Source of the DNA: a virus
Taxonomy: Duplodnaviria; Caudoviricetes
Reading direction: 5' to 3' (one strand)
Virus record (IMG/VR): IMGVR_UViG_3300017903_001334
Location: 1-45,980 of that record
DNA length: 45,980 bases
The notes beneath the pieces are model-generated. The model searched no databases, was not told where the DNA came from, and worked only from the letters and a program-made list of their open reading frames with translations. Below, one piece after another: positions 37,601-44,852 of the stretch. Numbering within the stretch: the first letter of the stretch is position 1; each line of letters opens with the position of its first letter. Made by a program: the position numbers and the translations under genes.

Positions 37601-40566
37601 AAGACGCGGGCTACAACTCTTCGTTACCAGTAGGTGTTACAATGCAAGATCCTTCTTGGTTTAGATACTACAACGATGAGACATTGCAAGCTAGCGACAA
37701 TAGACTAGAGCCTTTAATAGACGAAAAAGGTAATGTGCTTAAAATATCTGACGCTTACTCTAAGGTTAGTAACATGCTCACGTCTAGAGCTAATACAAAC
37801 ATGGGTATCATGATGAGTAAAGCGTCGTTTAGCGCTAGATCAACTAACGCAGATACACCTTCGAGAGGCGCTTCAGTTTTTGATTTTGATGAAACACTTA
37901 TTATAGATGGTGAAAACTTTATAATTGCTACAGATCCAAAGACTGGTGATAGAACTAAAATAAGTAGCGGTGATTGGCCTTTAAAAGGACCAAGCTTTGC
38001 TGAAAGAGGTTTTACTTTTGACTTTACAGACTTTGTAAATGTTAGAGGTGGTGTTGAAGGACCATTGCTAAATAAGCTTAGAAACAGAATAGCTAAGTAC
38101 GGCCCTAGTAATAACTTTGTGCTTACAGCTAGACCAGCGGAGTCTGCCACAGCGATACATGAGTGGCTTAAAACTAAAGGTATAAACATACCACTAGAAA
38201 ACATCACTGGCCTAGGTAATAGCACTGGCGACGCGAAAGCTGCTTGGTTTTTAGAAAAATATTCAGAAGGATATAATGATATGTACTTTGTGGATGATGC
38301 TTTGCCTAATGTTGAAGCTGTAGCTCACGTGTTTAATCAGTTAGACATGAAAGGCAAATCTGTTCAAGCAAAAATACAGTTTAGCAAGAGCTTAAACAAT
38401 GGATTTAACAACATGCTTGAAAGAACTAAAGGTGTTGGTGCTGAAAAAATATTTTCTAGGGTTGAGGCTAAGAAGAGAGGTAAAAACAAAGGTGGATTTA
38501 CGTTGTTTGTCCCACCTTCAGCTGAAGACTTTACAGGGTTATTACGATACTTTGTTGGTCGTGGAGCGCAAGGTGATGCTGATATAAAGTTTTTTGAAGA
38601 AGCTTTAATAAAGCCTTTTGCTAGAGCTGATCGCGAGATGAGCGAGATTAAACAACGTATGAGAGATGAATACAAAGCTCTTCGTAAAGCTTTTCCTGAT
38701 GTTAAAAAGAGGTTAGGTAAAGAGACAGATATAAAAGGATATACACTAGATTCAGCGATAAGAGTTTATTTGTTTAATAAAGCTGGGTATGAAGTACCAG
38801 GTTTAGCAGAGTCAACTAAAAGAAAGCTAATAAAGATAGTAGAATCAGATGCGGAGGTGAAAGCTTTTGCTGATGGCTTGTCTATGATAACAAGAGAATC
38901 AAACGGTTATACCAAGCCTGATGAAAATTGGGACGTTGGTAATATAGCTATGGACTTAGACAACGCTGTTAACAAGGTTAGTAGATCAGAATTTTTAGCT
39001 GAATGGATACAAAACAAAGACGAAATATTCTCACAAAAAAACTTAAATAAAATAGAAGCCGTGTACGGTAGTGACTTTAGATCTGCTTTAGAAGACATAC
39101 TGTATCGTATGGAAACTGGACAAAATAGACCTAAAGGTAAAACAGCTTTTGAAAATAAATGGAACAACTGGATCAACAGCTCTGTTGGAGCGATTATGTT
39201 CTTTAACGCTAGATCAGCTGTACTACAGACGTTATCTACAGTTAACTTTATCAATTTTGAAGAAAACAATATATTTGCTGCTTCTAGAGCTTTTGCAAAT
39301 CAAAAACAATATTGGTCTGACTTTGTTTTCTTGTTTAACTCAGACTTCTTAAAAAACAGAAGAGCTGGTTTAGCGACTAATGTGAATGAAGCAGAGCTAG
39401 CTAGTGCTGTTGCTAGCGCTAGAAATAAAGCTATGGCCGCTCTTAGATATTTACTTAAAATAGGTTTTACGCCTACACAAGTTGCTGATAGTTTCGCTAT
39501 CGCGTCTGGTGGCGCTACATTTTATAGAAATAGAGTTAAAAAGTATTTAAAAGAAGGTAAATCACAGCAAGAAGCTGAGGATCAAGCAATGTTAGACTTT
39601 AGAGAGATAGCAGAAGAAACACAGCAGTCTGCTAGACCAGATCGTATATCGCAGCAACAAGCTTCTAATTTAGGTCGTATTATATTAGCGTTTGCTAATA
39701 CGCCAATGCAATACAATAGACTTATTAAAAAAGCGGCTGGTGACTTAATAAACCGTAGAGGTGATTGGAGATCAAATGTCTCTCGTATATTGTATTATGG
39801 TGCTGCACAAAACTTTATATTTGCGTCACTACAAAATGCTTTATTTGCTATGGCTTTCAGTGATGATGAAGATGAAGATAAAGAGGAAATAAAAGAGCAA
39901 AGAATACTAAACAGTATGCTAGACTCTCTATTAAGAGGCTCTGGTATATACGGCGCCGCTTTAGCTACTGTTAAAAACACCATACTTGAATACATGGAAC
40001 AAGACGAAAAAGGTTTTAGAGCAGACTGGGGTCAAGTTGTGGTTGAAGGCTTGCAAGTATCCCCACCTATAGGATCTAAAGCTAGAAAACTTTATAGCGC
40101 ATTAAACACTAGAAAGTTTAATAAAGACGTAATGAAGCGCATGTCTATGTTTGATTACAATAATCCTGCTTGGATCGCTATAGGTAATGTTGTTGAAGCT
40201 ACTACAAACGTGCCAATGGCTAGAGCTATACGTAAAATAGACAACTTACGCGAAGCGATGAATCAAGATAACACTAACTTACAAAGGTTATTTTTAACTT
40301 TAGGTTGGAGCTCTTGGGATTTAAACGTTGGTAAGAAAGTTGTGCGTAATGAAGGCAAAAGTAACGAGTATACAGTATTCTTAGATGAAAGAAGACAAGC
40401 TGTTGAAGAAGTTAAAACTCAAATAAAAGAAGAAAAGAAACAAAATAATAAAAAAGAAAAACAAGAAAAAGCAAAAGCTAATAGATGTGTTTCTTATACT
40501 TCTCAAGGTACAAGATGTAAAAAGACTGCAATGCCAGGCAAGAAAGTTTGTTATTTGCATGACTAA
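31684..40566 (+). CDS. Giant multidomain ejection/polyvalent protein (2960 aa) with zincin, sigma-region-2-like, EHxxP, HAD phosphatase and CCCH modules
   Basis: HEFLH at 34840, FRYEHMIP at 37453, VFDFDETL/LTAR/FVDD at 37876-38300, and a terminal C-x9-C-x10-C-x2-H. Confidence 0.8.
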   Translation: MYKDQDGNTYDEQSLSVLAKQSGLDLAMYTSMNGLEKSTSPQIEDATAGPASTASNLGVYSLGSLSTRLAVAKLIGKDTQSSSPMKFNVPMGPEPSEDESEARTIEEIDKVKEDADKLASEFEAAEQAAKKQEEQKRLNAKVAAMSNQQYRDYSAQLEKLPPMSYEAVNIQELMDNIVQLEYERLYDPTFQAKSDYDYNKAQIESMNIPKTAEKTIVMYDADGNVTEDKTQAVKYDEAIKFTENTENLSLSDQEAIRQNNMYNRILDVYTSNEGLGPKTTFFGFDLFKQEIPEAEQQVLDEEVKREMIGLLSRGAGMDRAKQKILGNKGDISDITLEERKQLMSEATSIVLNKRNSLIADSFGELIDRQDIVESNQDILNKDVEQTIAVYSSKFEDLQKKFDLLGDVDENSDYQVIEAYNNLVSEYQDLDAKYKDYLEQTRQRQNSLSSEFNSVKGLVETLQEDYENNFVELDINALTGQLNSPLEETTKAYSEYKERFYEKANNSDNIASSMVYKLTDSALKLLDASDVFAYLNPLYSTVGLTGIAYDAFGVDSFLSGGEKKYTATDYILESLFQNPISIPTSEGETAVTKDFDQLGEATVELFTSGFDNKSRQLFKQATGNFFGEDITGMKTLNAVLTGLPYMIGIMKGKTFTKVKDVPKFFKNSHKKVFKKKSANNVLRDVNMITASYKMTVFDAYHEGIDRGLDKDKALLYANVSSVITGLTQMIMPDEFFVKGGAGSLALKTFAGNLKRATSQAAAKKAVTTFFTNIAKEIGEEELDFVMQEVLKSISISGHETAALNISSHLELLFNTVALSGTVGAVGARNRYKTERKTLNKAIIRETYDINESLNDRLSVIQRKKEIIEKLTTLSQEQKDRRIEELDKQIQSIYKAQTYNNNIKNAAAVAPEFINYDQLDILRQRQELENELKTAKGEKKKEIQDKIGELEVEFENAKVNQQADVILDRTIESIQKFSGDSFIVGEDVEDTQQKLTAINEAYKEINEQEGKEVYKILTDQEIEDAARQEGFNFGDVKVINKQVSRATGNTNVAAHEFLHDILKQTLNTNKQAALKIADAFGNLLISLDPEQFNNSTFRKKLELYQTTQADVNRIIEENPNATSRELDELINKQIDEDIHKQAIEVITLASDAFATGDLSFDVLQKRGLTDRIRRVRQNLQGTFLDRFAMEIEFNTGADVFNFVKDYNTSVKKSKLTKAQRALLDGKIQGRLTEGEQTQDVGPQESRVYQRVEERKDQITSTDESTKREGVFMAAMELENEIDRRLPTIEGMTAEERADVVRNFMFNETRGLVGLLNKYNPDINDSVMGYLNAKQRGISLLDARLQEFYQNDPRFGNIIQSTSEEAVGTKVERRTAEDAEPSAKPKQPKTKGVIVAKRFNAVKDAQALANKEFENIKDDITSLADTPRIMTKLVSEITGIPVKKLQEFIIDENGKKVKNPSYLANLSDSELASAQRAVKKYDSVILEILPKQHTVKLVKVKGADGVTREVERPDKATKISGKVKKALYVKGKRKDNLTPFNKKPGLKEKDVRELAGIVDGVPDRSDRNTSASVLGIWTTVDKVWSNQEIRLEAARRGLPMQWMSGIRNGNDAILFSKSGVQEVGSFARSIPVESRGFFFDRIPEFANEPVLGNDYKSVENAVQRVWGDLPFVDVPTIARGIHKAFQYITPKIAKDPVKLAEKLLTVDNDMLSKVRQFAGSSIEASKAFQDPERVKKMVATQSAIANEIWDASNPELSLLKIMMMKGHLASMSKNKYLQRTQPFPPGQAFIDNTLLTIPDIKKVNTKTDARGGISVASIVLTNGKVVKPKIKVKGKEVNVTSSQGVNTAIKELKSGDLTKRRRDEKIAQELLNDIIEITSRYLKEGTIDNVDLMMNMASLLSGMNSVLARAGKLKYMTPRARDGKGPFRYEHMIPRVVVLMNMFDAHINGNGIENVAEFLQNYEVAVTSVDMDDVFKDAGYNSSLPVGVTMQDPSWFRYYNDETLQASDNRLEPLIDEKGNVLKISDAYSKVSNMLTSRANTNMGIMMSKASFSARSTNADTPSRGASVFDFDETLIIDGENFIIATDPKTGDRTKISSGDWPLKGPSFAERGFTFDFTDFVNVRGGVEGPLLNKLRNRIAKYGPSNNFVLTARPAESATAIHEWLKTKGINIPLENITGLGNSTGDAKAAWFLEKYSEGYNDMYFVDDALPNVEAVAHVFNQLDMKGKSVQAKIQFSKSLNNGFNNMLERTKGVGAEKIFSRVEAKKRGKNKGGFTLFVPPSAEDFTGLLRYFVGRGAQGDADIKFFEEALIKPFARADREMSEIKQRMRDEYKALRKAFPDVKKRLGKETDIKGYTLDSAIRVYLFNKAGYEVPGLAESTKRKLIKIVESDAEVKAFADGLSMITRESNGYTKPDENWDVGNIAMDLDNAVNKVSRSEFLAEWIQNKDEIFSQKNLNKIEAVYGSDFRSALEDILYRMETGQNRPKGKTAFENKWNNWINSSVGAIMFFNARSAVLQTLSTVNFINFEENNIFAASRAFANQKQYWSDFVFLFNSDFLKNRRAGLATNVNEAELASAVASARNKAMAALRYLLKIGFTPTQVADSFAIASGGATFYRNRVKKYLKEGKSQQEAEDQAMLDFREIAEETQQSARPDRISQQQASNLGRIILAFANTPMQYNRLIKKAAGDLINRRGDWRSNVSRILYYGAAQNFIFASLQNALFAMAFSDDEDEDKEEIKEQRILNSMLDSLLRGSGIYGAALATVKNTILEYMEQDEKGFRADWGQVVVEGLQVSPPIGSKARKLYSALNTRKFNKDVMKRMSMFDYNNPAWIAIGNVVEATTNVPMARAIRKIDNLREAMNQDNTNLQRLFLTLGWSSWDLNVGKKVVRNEGKSNEYTVFLDERRQAVEEVKTQIKEEKKQNNKKEKQEKAKANRCVSYTSQGTRCKKTAMPGKKVCYLHD

Positions 40567-40569
40567 GTG

Positions 40570-40579
40570 TGTAATATTA
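40570..40579 (+). promoter_or_regulatory. Putative late promoter motif TGTAATATTA
   Basis: Intergenic, ~6 nt upstream of the ATG at 40585. Same spacing as the motifs at 657 and 43682. Confidence 0.5.
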
Positions 40580-40584
40580 AAATA

Positions 40585-40821
40585 ATGAAATCAGTGGACA
40601 AAGAAATAGCGCTAATGCAACAGAGAATGGATCAAATGGACAAAAAGTTAGACAAGATGGATGAGAAGTTAGACATGCTTACTAAGCAATTGCTTGATCC
40701 TGATAAAGGTATAGCCTCCAGAGTTAATCAAAACACAACAGCTAGAAAAACTATGGCTAAAGCTATATGGGTGTTATACGCTGCTGTAGCCGCTGCTCTA
40801 GCTAAAATATTTATAGGGTAA
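40585..40821 (+). CDS. Small coiled-coil protein with C-terminal TM helix (lysis-associated?); start corrected to 40585
   Basis: MDKKLDKMDEKLD heptads and a terminal AIWVLYAAVAAALAKIFIG. Confidence 0.65.
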   Translation: MKSVDKEIALMQQRMDQMDKKLDKMDEKLDMLTKQLLDPDKGIASRVNQNTTARKTMAKAIWVLYAAVAAALAKIFIG

Positions 40822-41033
40822 TGGAAGAAGCTTTTAAACTAATAGAAAATTATGGGCTGTCTGTAGTTTTACTTATGGGTAGTTTGTACGCTTTATATAA
40901 ATTTTTCTTTTTTAGTATTAAAGAAGTTAAAGTTGGTTTTGAAAAACGCCACGAGTCTTTGCGTGAGCAAATGAACGAGGTGAAAGAAAAACTAAACATA
41001 ATACTTGAGTTTATAAAGAAAAATAGTAATTAA
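40821..41033 (+). CDS. Putative holin (BhlA-like single TM helix plus coiled coil)
   Basis: LIENYGLSVVLLMGSLYALYKFFF followed by a charged helix. Confidence 0.55.
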   Translation: MEEAFKLIENYGLSVVLLMGSLYALYKFFFFSIKEVKVGFEKRHESLREQMNEVKEKLNIILEFIKKNSN

Positions 41034-41061
41034 AATTTAACAACGAAATAATAAATTAAAA

Positions 41062-41460
41062 ATGGCAACATTAACTGCAACATTAAAGCTTACAGCCGCG
41101 GCTGGTCAAGTGTCTACAAATTCATTGTCTATAAGTGAGTCAGATACACTTACTGTAGACCCTATACCTATGCAAGGTGTTACTAGAGTAGCACTAGAAG
41201 CAAGTGGTGGATCAGATGTTACATTAGTGCCATCTAGCGCTGAAACAAAATTTGTATATATAAAAAATACAGGCCTACAGTCTGATGGAGCAACTTCAAC
41301 AACACAGGTTATTGAAGTTTCAATCGGCGGAAACAGCGTTCTTCGCATTAACGCTGGAGAATTTGCTTTCGTTCCTGTTGTAGCGTCCGCAGCTGTTACT
41401 GCGATAGGCAACGACACGCATTTAATATTAGCTGAGTTCGCGTTTTTCACTAGATCATAA
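41062..41460 (+). CDS. Putative virion structural protein (132 aa, beta-rich)
   Basis: MATLTATLKL...FVYIKNTG...LRINAGEFAFVP. Confidence 0.65.
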   Translation: MATLTATLKLTAAAGQVSTNSLSISESDTLTVDPIPMQGVTRVALEASGGSDVTLVPSSAETKFVYIKNTGLQSDGATSTTQVIEVSIGGNSVLRINAGEFAFVPVVASAAVTAIGNDTHLILAEFAFFTRS

Positions 41461-41462
41461 AC

Positions 41463-41930
41463 ATGAAATTAGAAGTAATAAGGTTTAGCTCACAAGCAGA
41501 CTGTACTCATGGCTTGCTTTTTGAGCTTACAGATGTGGGTAGAAATTTTTTGTGTTATACTTTAGAAGACGAAAGAAGAGCTTTGAAAGTGAAAGGTGAA
41601 ACTAGAATACCAGCTGGTATATATAATATTGAGTTAAGAAAAGAAGGTGGTTTTCATGGTAGATATAGTAAAAAATATCCTGACATACATATTGGTATGT
41701 TGCATATCGTTGATGTTCCTAACTTTGAGTATATTCTTATTCATACTGGAAACACTGATGAACACACTGCTGGCTGCCTTATCGTTGGAGATAGCCAAGA
41801 AAACAATGTTATACTTAAAGACGGTTTTGTTGGTAAATCTGTCAATGCGTATAAACGTATTTACCCACGCATTGCTAAAGCTATTGAGAAAAAAGACAGC
41901 GTAACAATATCTTATATAGATTATGATTAA
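41463..41930 (+). CDS. DUF5675-like protein (L,D-transpeptidase-like fold; candidate endolysin)
   Basis: CYTLED...GETRIPAGIY...VPNFEYILIHTGNT...TAGCLIVG with a His/Cys pair. Adjacent to holin-like genes. Confidence 0.75.
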   Translation: MKLEVIRFSSQADCTHGLLFELTDVGRNFLCYTLEDERRALKVKGETRIPAGIYNIELRKEGGFHGRYSKKYPDIHIGMLHIVDVPNFEYILIHTGNTDEHTAGCLIVGDSQENNVILKDGFVGKSVNAYKRIYPRIAKAIEKKDSVTISYIDYD

Positions 41931-43675
41931 TGGAAAGCACAAACTTCAATATAGTAAAAAATCGTTCTATTCTTGAAAAAGAGGTTATACTAGGTAACGT
42001 TGGATTATCTGGTAGCTTACTTGATAAGTTTTTATCTATAGACTCAAGCGGAAGAATAGTTTTTAAATCTGAAAACGACAGATCTACATTTAGCGCTGAA
42101 GTTGTTCTTACTGTTTTAAATAATCCTGACGCTGATACTGACAAGTTTTTAGTAGCAGACTCAAATGGTAAAATTGGCTTTAGAACAGGTACTAATTTAC
42201 AATCTGACTTAGGCGTCACTCCTGGAACAGATGTAGTTAATTTAGTTACAATAAAGTCAGACCTTGGAGATGGTGCGAGATCAGCTCAAACAGGACAGCC
42301 AAATTTTACTTTCTTAGGTGGAGAAGGTATAGACGTTACAAACTCAAGTGATATTTTTACGATAGCAGGCGAAGATGCTACTGACTCAAACAAAGGTATT
42401 GCTAAATTTAATTCTGCAAACTTTAGCGTAGCATCAGGAGAGGTTCGAATAAAGCCTGGAGGCATTGACTTAACAAGTGAAGTTACGGGTAATTTACCAC
42501 TAGCAAATGGTGGTACTGGCGCTTCAACAGCCGCCGATGCTAGAACTAACTTAGGTGTTGATCCAGCAGGTACAGACAACTCAACTAATGTTACTCTTAC
42601 TGGTGAAGATTATTTGACTTTATCAGGTCAAGAAATAACAGTAGGTTTACCTGGTAGAGTTCATATAAAAGTAAGAAACGACGAAGGCTCTACAATACCA
42701 GCTGGAGCGCCGCTATATTCAAGAGGTGAGATTGGTGGTAGTGATAGAATTAAAGTTGGTATAGCTGATGCTAGTGATTCATCTAAGATGCCCTGCATAG
42801 GTATTGCTGAAGCTGAAATGAACACTTCGTCTACTAAAGATAACTTTGCTATATCACAAGGTGTTTACAATACTAATATATCTGGATTTACAGGTTTATC
42901 TGATGGTGATACTTTATATGTTGATGATGCCGGATCAGCGCCTTATCTAACTCAGAATAAATCTGATATAGCAGGTAGTGGAAACGCAATACAAAACGTA
43001 GGTATAGTTTTAAAAACAAACGGCAGTACCTGTCAAGGACTTTTAGTTTCGGCTATCGGTAGAAGCAACGACGTACCAAACTTAGACGAAAATGAAATAT
43101 TTATAGGTAACGCTAGTAATCAAACGACAACGTCTTCTATTAATGACATATACTCGTATCAATACCTAACATGGGAAGTTAATACTAATAGCTTTACAGG
43201 AACTAACTATGAACTTCCAGCTGCTAATGGTGGGTTTGGATCAGACTCATATACTGTTAATTCTGGCGTAGCTAGAAATACAGCTATAGATGGAACTGTA
43301 ACTATTAGTTTAGCAGCTAACAATCAGCAACAAGGCTGGTATGTACCGCATGCTTGCGAGTTGGTTGGTGTTTCTGGCATGTTTAGAAATAATGGTGGTG
43401 AAGTAAATCCAAGAGACGTAGCTGTATTTGTTGGTACGCCTGACATTGGAAATAATGTTTCATCTACGTATAGGCAAAGAGCTTTTGCTGCTGGTGATGA
43501 TGATGGTGGTCAGTCTAATAGTAGGCCGTATACTACTAATGTAACTTTAGCTACGCCTTATAGTTTGTCTGCGGGGAACGTTGTAATGCCTGCTGTGTGT
43601 AATAGTACTGGTAGTTCGACAGTAGCAATGCAAGGTAACTTTAGTATAATTATTAGAACACCTATTTTTACGTAA
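41930..43675 (+). CDS. Fibre/spike-like structural protein (581 aa)
   Basis: Duplicated DKFL..DS.G.I.F module, LPLANGGTGASTAADARTNLGV fibre motif, a cement-like beta domain and a C-terminal beta-sandwich. Confidence 0.75.
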   Translation: MESTNFNIVKNRSILEKEVILGNVGLSGSLLDKFLSIDSSGRIVFKSENDRSTFSAEVVLTVLNNPDADTDKFLVADSNGKIGFRTGTNLQSDLGVTPGTDVVNLVTIKSDLGDGARSAQTGQPNFTFLGGEGIDVTNSSDIFTIAGEDATDSNKGIAKFNSANFSVASGEVRIKPGGIDLTSEVTGNLPLANGGTGASTAADARTNLGVDPAGTDNSTNVTLTGEDYLTLSGQEITVGLPGRVHIKVRNDEGSTIPAGAPLYSRGEIGGSDRIKVGIADASDSSKMPCIGIAEAEMNTSSTKDNFAISQGVYNTNISGFTGLSDGDTLYVDDAGSAPYLTQNKSDIAGSGNAIQNVGIVLKTNGSTCQGLLVSAIGRSNDVPNLDENEIFIGNASNQTTTSSINDIYSYQYLTWEVNTNSFTGTNYELPAANGGFGSDSYTVNSGVARNTAIDGTVTISLAANNQQQGWYVPHACELVGVSGMFRNNGGEVNPRDVAVFVGTPDIGNNVSSTYRQRAFAAGDDDGGQSNSRPYTTNVTLATPYSLSAGNVVMPAVCNSTGSSTVAMQGNFSIIIRTPIFT

Positions 43676-43681
43676 ACAACA

Positions 43682-43691
43682 TGTAATAATA
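43682..43691 (+). promoter_or_regulatory. Putative late promoter motif TGTAATAATA
   Basis: Intergenic, ~6 nt upstream of the ATG at 43697. Confidence 0.5.
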
Positions 43692-43696
43692 TATAG

Positions 43697-44077
43697 ATGG
43701 AAGTTGTAGTAAAAAAAATAGAATCAGATACTCAAACTAATTTGTTTGTAGGTAAAGGTATAAAAAATCCTAAATCTACTCAAATAAATAAGTTTACAAT
43801 AAAAAGATTAATACTTTCTGGTTTAGATACTGATGGTGAAATTACTTTGCTTTTAGAAGCAAAAGATTTTAGCACACAATCTACTAAAAGTATAACTTTG
43901 CTTAGTGGTTATAAAGTATATTCTAAAACTGCCAATGTTGTAATTGGTGAATCTATGGTTTTTACAGACTCTTATGATTTAAAGATAAATTCTGACCATA
44001 TACTAACAGCTTATTTAGAGTATGAAGTTAAAAAAGACGATAACTTTGTTAGATCTTTTAAAAATAATAACGAATAA
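43697..44077 (+). CDS. Hypothetical protein (126 aa)
   Basis: ORF translationally coupled to the next gene (TAATG). Confidence 0.7.
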   Translation: MEVVVKKIESDTQTNLFVGKGIKNPKSTQINKFTIKRLILSGLDTDGEITLLLEAKDFSTQSTKSITLLSGYKVYSKTANVVIGESMVFTDSYDLKINSDHILTAYLEYEVKKDDNFVRSFKNNNE

Positions 44078-44388
44078 TGCCTTACGTACAGAAAAATAAT
44101 CCGTTTAAAAAAGCAGAGCCACGTAGAACTATTGGCCCTGGTAAAAATTTTAACAAAGCTAAACCAACAGGCACAGGTGGTGCGGCTGGCGGTGGTATGA
44201 CACAAAAAGGTGTTGATGAATATAAAAGAAAAAACCCAGGTAGTAAACTTAAAACTGCTGTAACAACTAAACCTTCTAAGTTGAAACCCGGAAGTAAAGA
44301 CGCGAAAAGAAGAAAATCATTCTGTGCTAGATCAAAAAGCTGGACAAGCGAAAGAGGTCGAGCAGCTAGACGCAGATGGAACTGTTAA
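44077..44388 (+). CDS. Basic protein with MPYVQKNNPFKK leader and RRKSFCARS...RRRWNC module
   Basis: Leader shared with 672 and 44400. The C-terminal module resembles DUF6321-type phage proteins (from recall). Confidence 0.8.
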   Translation: MPYVQKNNPFKKAEPRRTIGPGKNFNKAKPTGTGGAAGGGMTQKGVDEYKRKNPGSKLKTAVTTKPSKLKPGSKDAKRRKSFCARSKSWTSERGRAARRRWNC

Positions 44389-44399
44389 AAAAAACAATT

Positions 44400-44852
44400 A
44401 TGGCATACGTACAAAAAAATAATCCTGTACCTAAAACAGGTTGTGGTAGAAGAAGAGTATCGGAAATGAAAAATCCTTTTAAATCTCAAGACATCATGAG
44501 CGATGAGTCTTTGTCTACTAAAGAGAGAGTTGCTAAAGCTCAAGGAAGAGAAGTAGGCGAGATGAATAGATCGTCTAGATTCCACCCTGACAATAAAGGT
44601 AGAGGAGTTAAAACTGCGTTCAAGTTTGGTCTTGAAGATAAAGGTATAGGCTCTGCAGCTAGAGGAACTGAAGGTATTGGACCTGACGGTAAGCCTTTGA
44701 AAATGAAGTCGCCTATGAAAAAAATTAGTGGACCTTGTAAAACCGCTGCTAAAAAAAAATTTAAAGTATGGCCTAGTGCTTATGCTTCTGGTTGGGGCGT
44801 AAGATGTACTAGAGCTGGCGGTCCAAGTAAAATGGGTAAAAGCAAAAAATAA
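44400..44852 (+). CDS. Basic modular protein with MAYVQKNNP leader, NPFK and SPMKK linkers, and a WPSAYASG module (start corrected from 44376)
   Basis: The ATG at 44400 gives the shared leader. KPLKMKSPMKK precedes C...KKKFKVWPSAYASG...C. Confidence 0.8.
   Translation: MAYVQKNNPVPKTGCGRRRVSEMKNPFKSQDIMSDESLSTKERVAKAQGREVGEMNRSSRFHPDNKGRGVKTAFKFGLEDKGIGSAARGTEGIGPDGKPLKMKSPMKKISGPCKTAAKKKFKVWPSAYASGWGVRCTRAGGPSKMGKSKK

Noticed and set aside
31684-40566. Virion RNA polymerase as in crAss-like phages
   Set aside because: No DFDID/DxDGD catalytic loop was found. The DFDET sequence is followed by HAD motifs II-IV, so it reads as a phosphatase.
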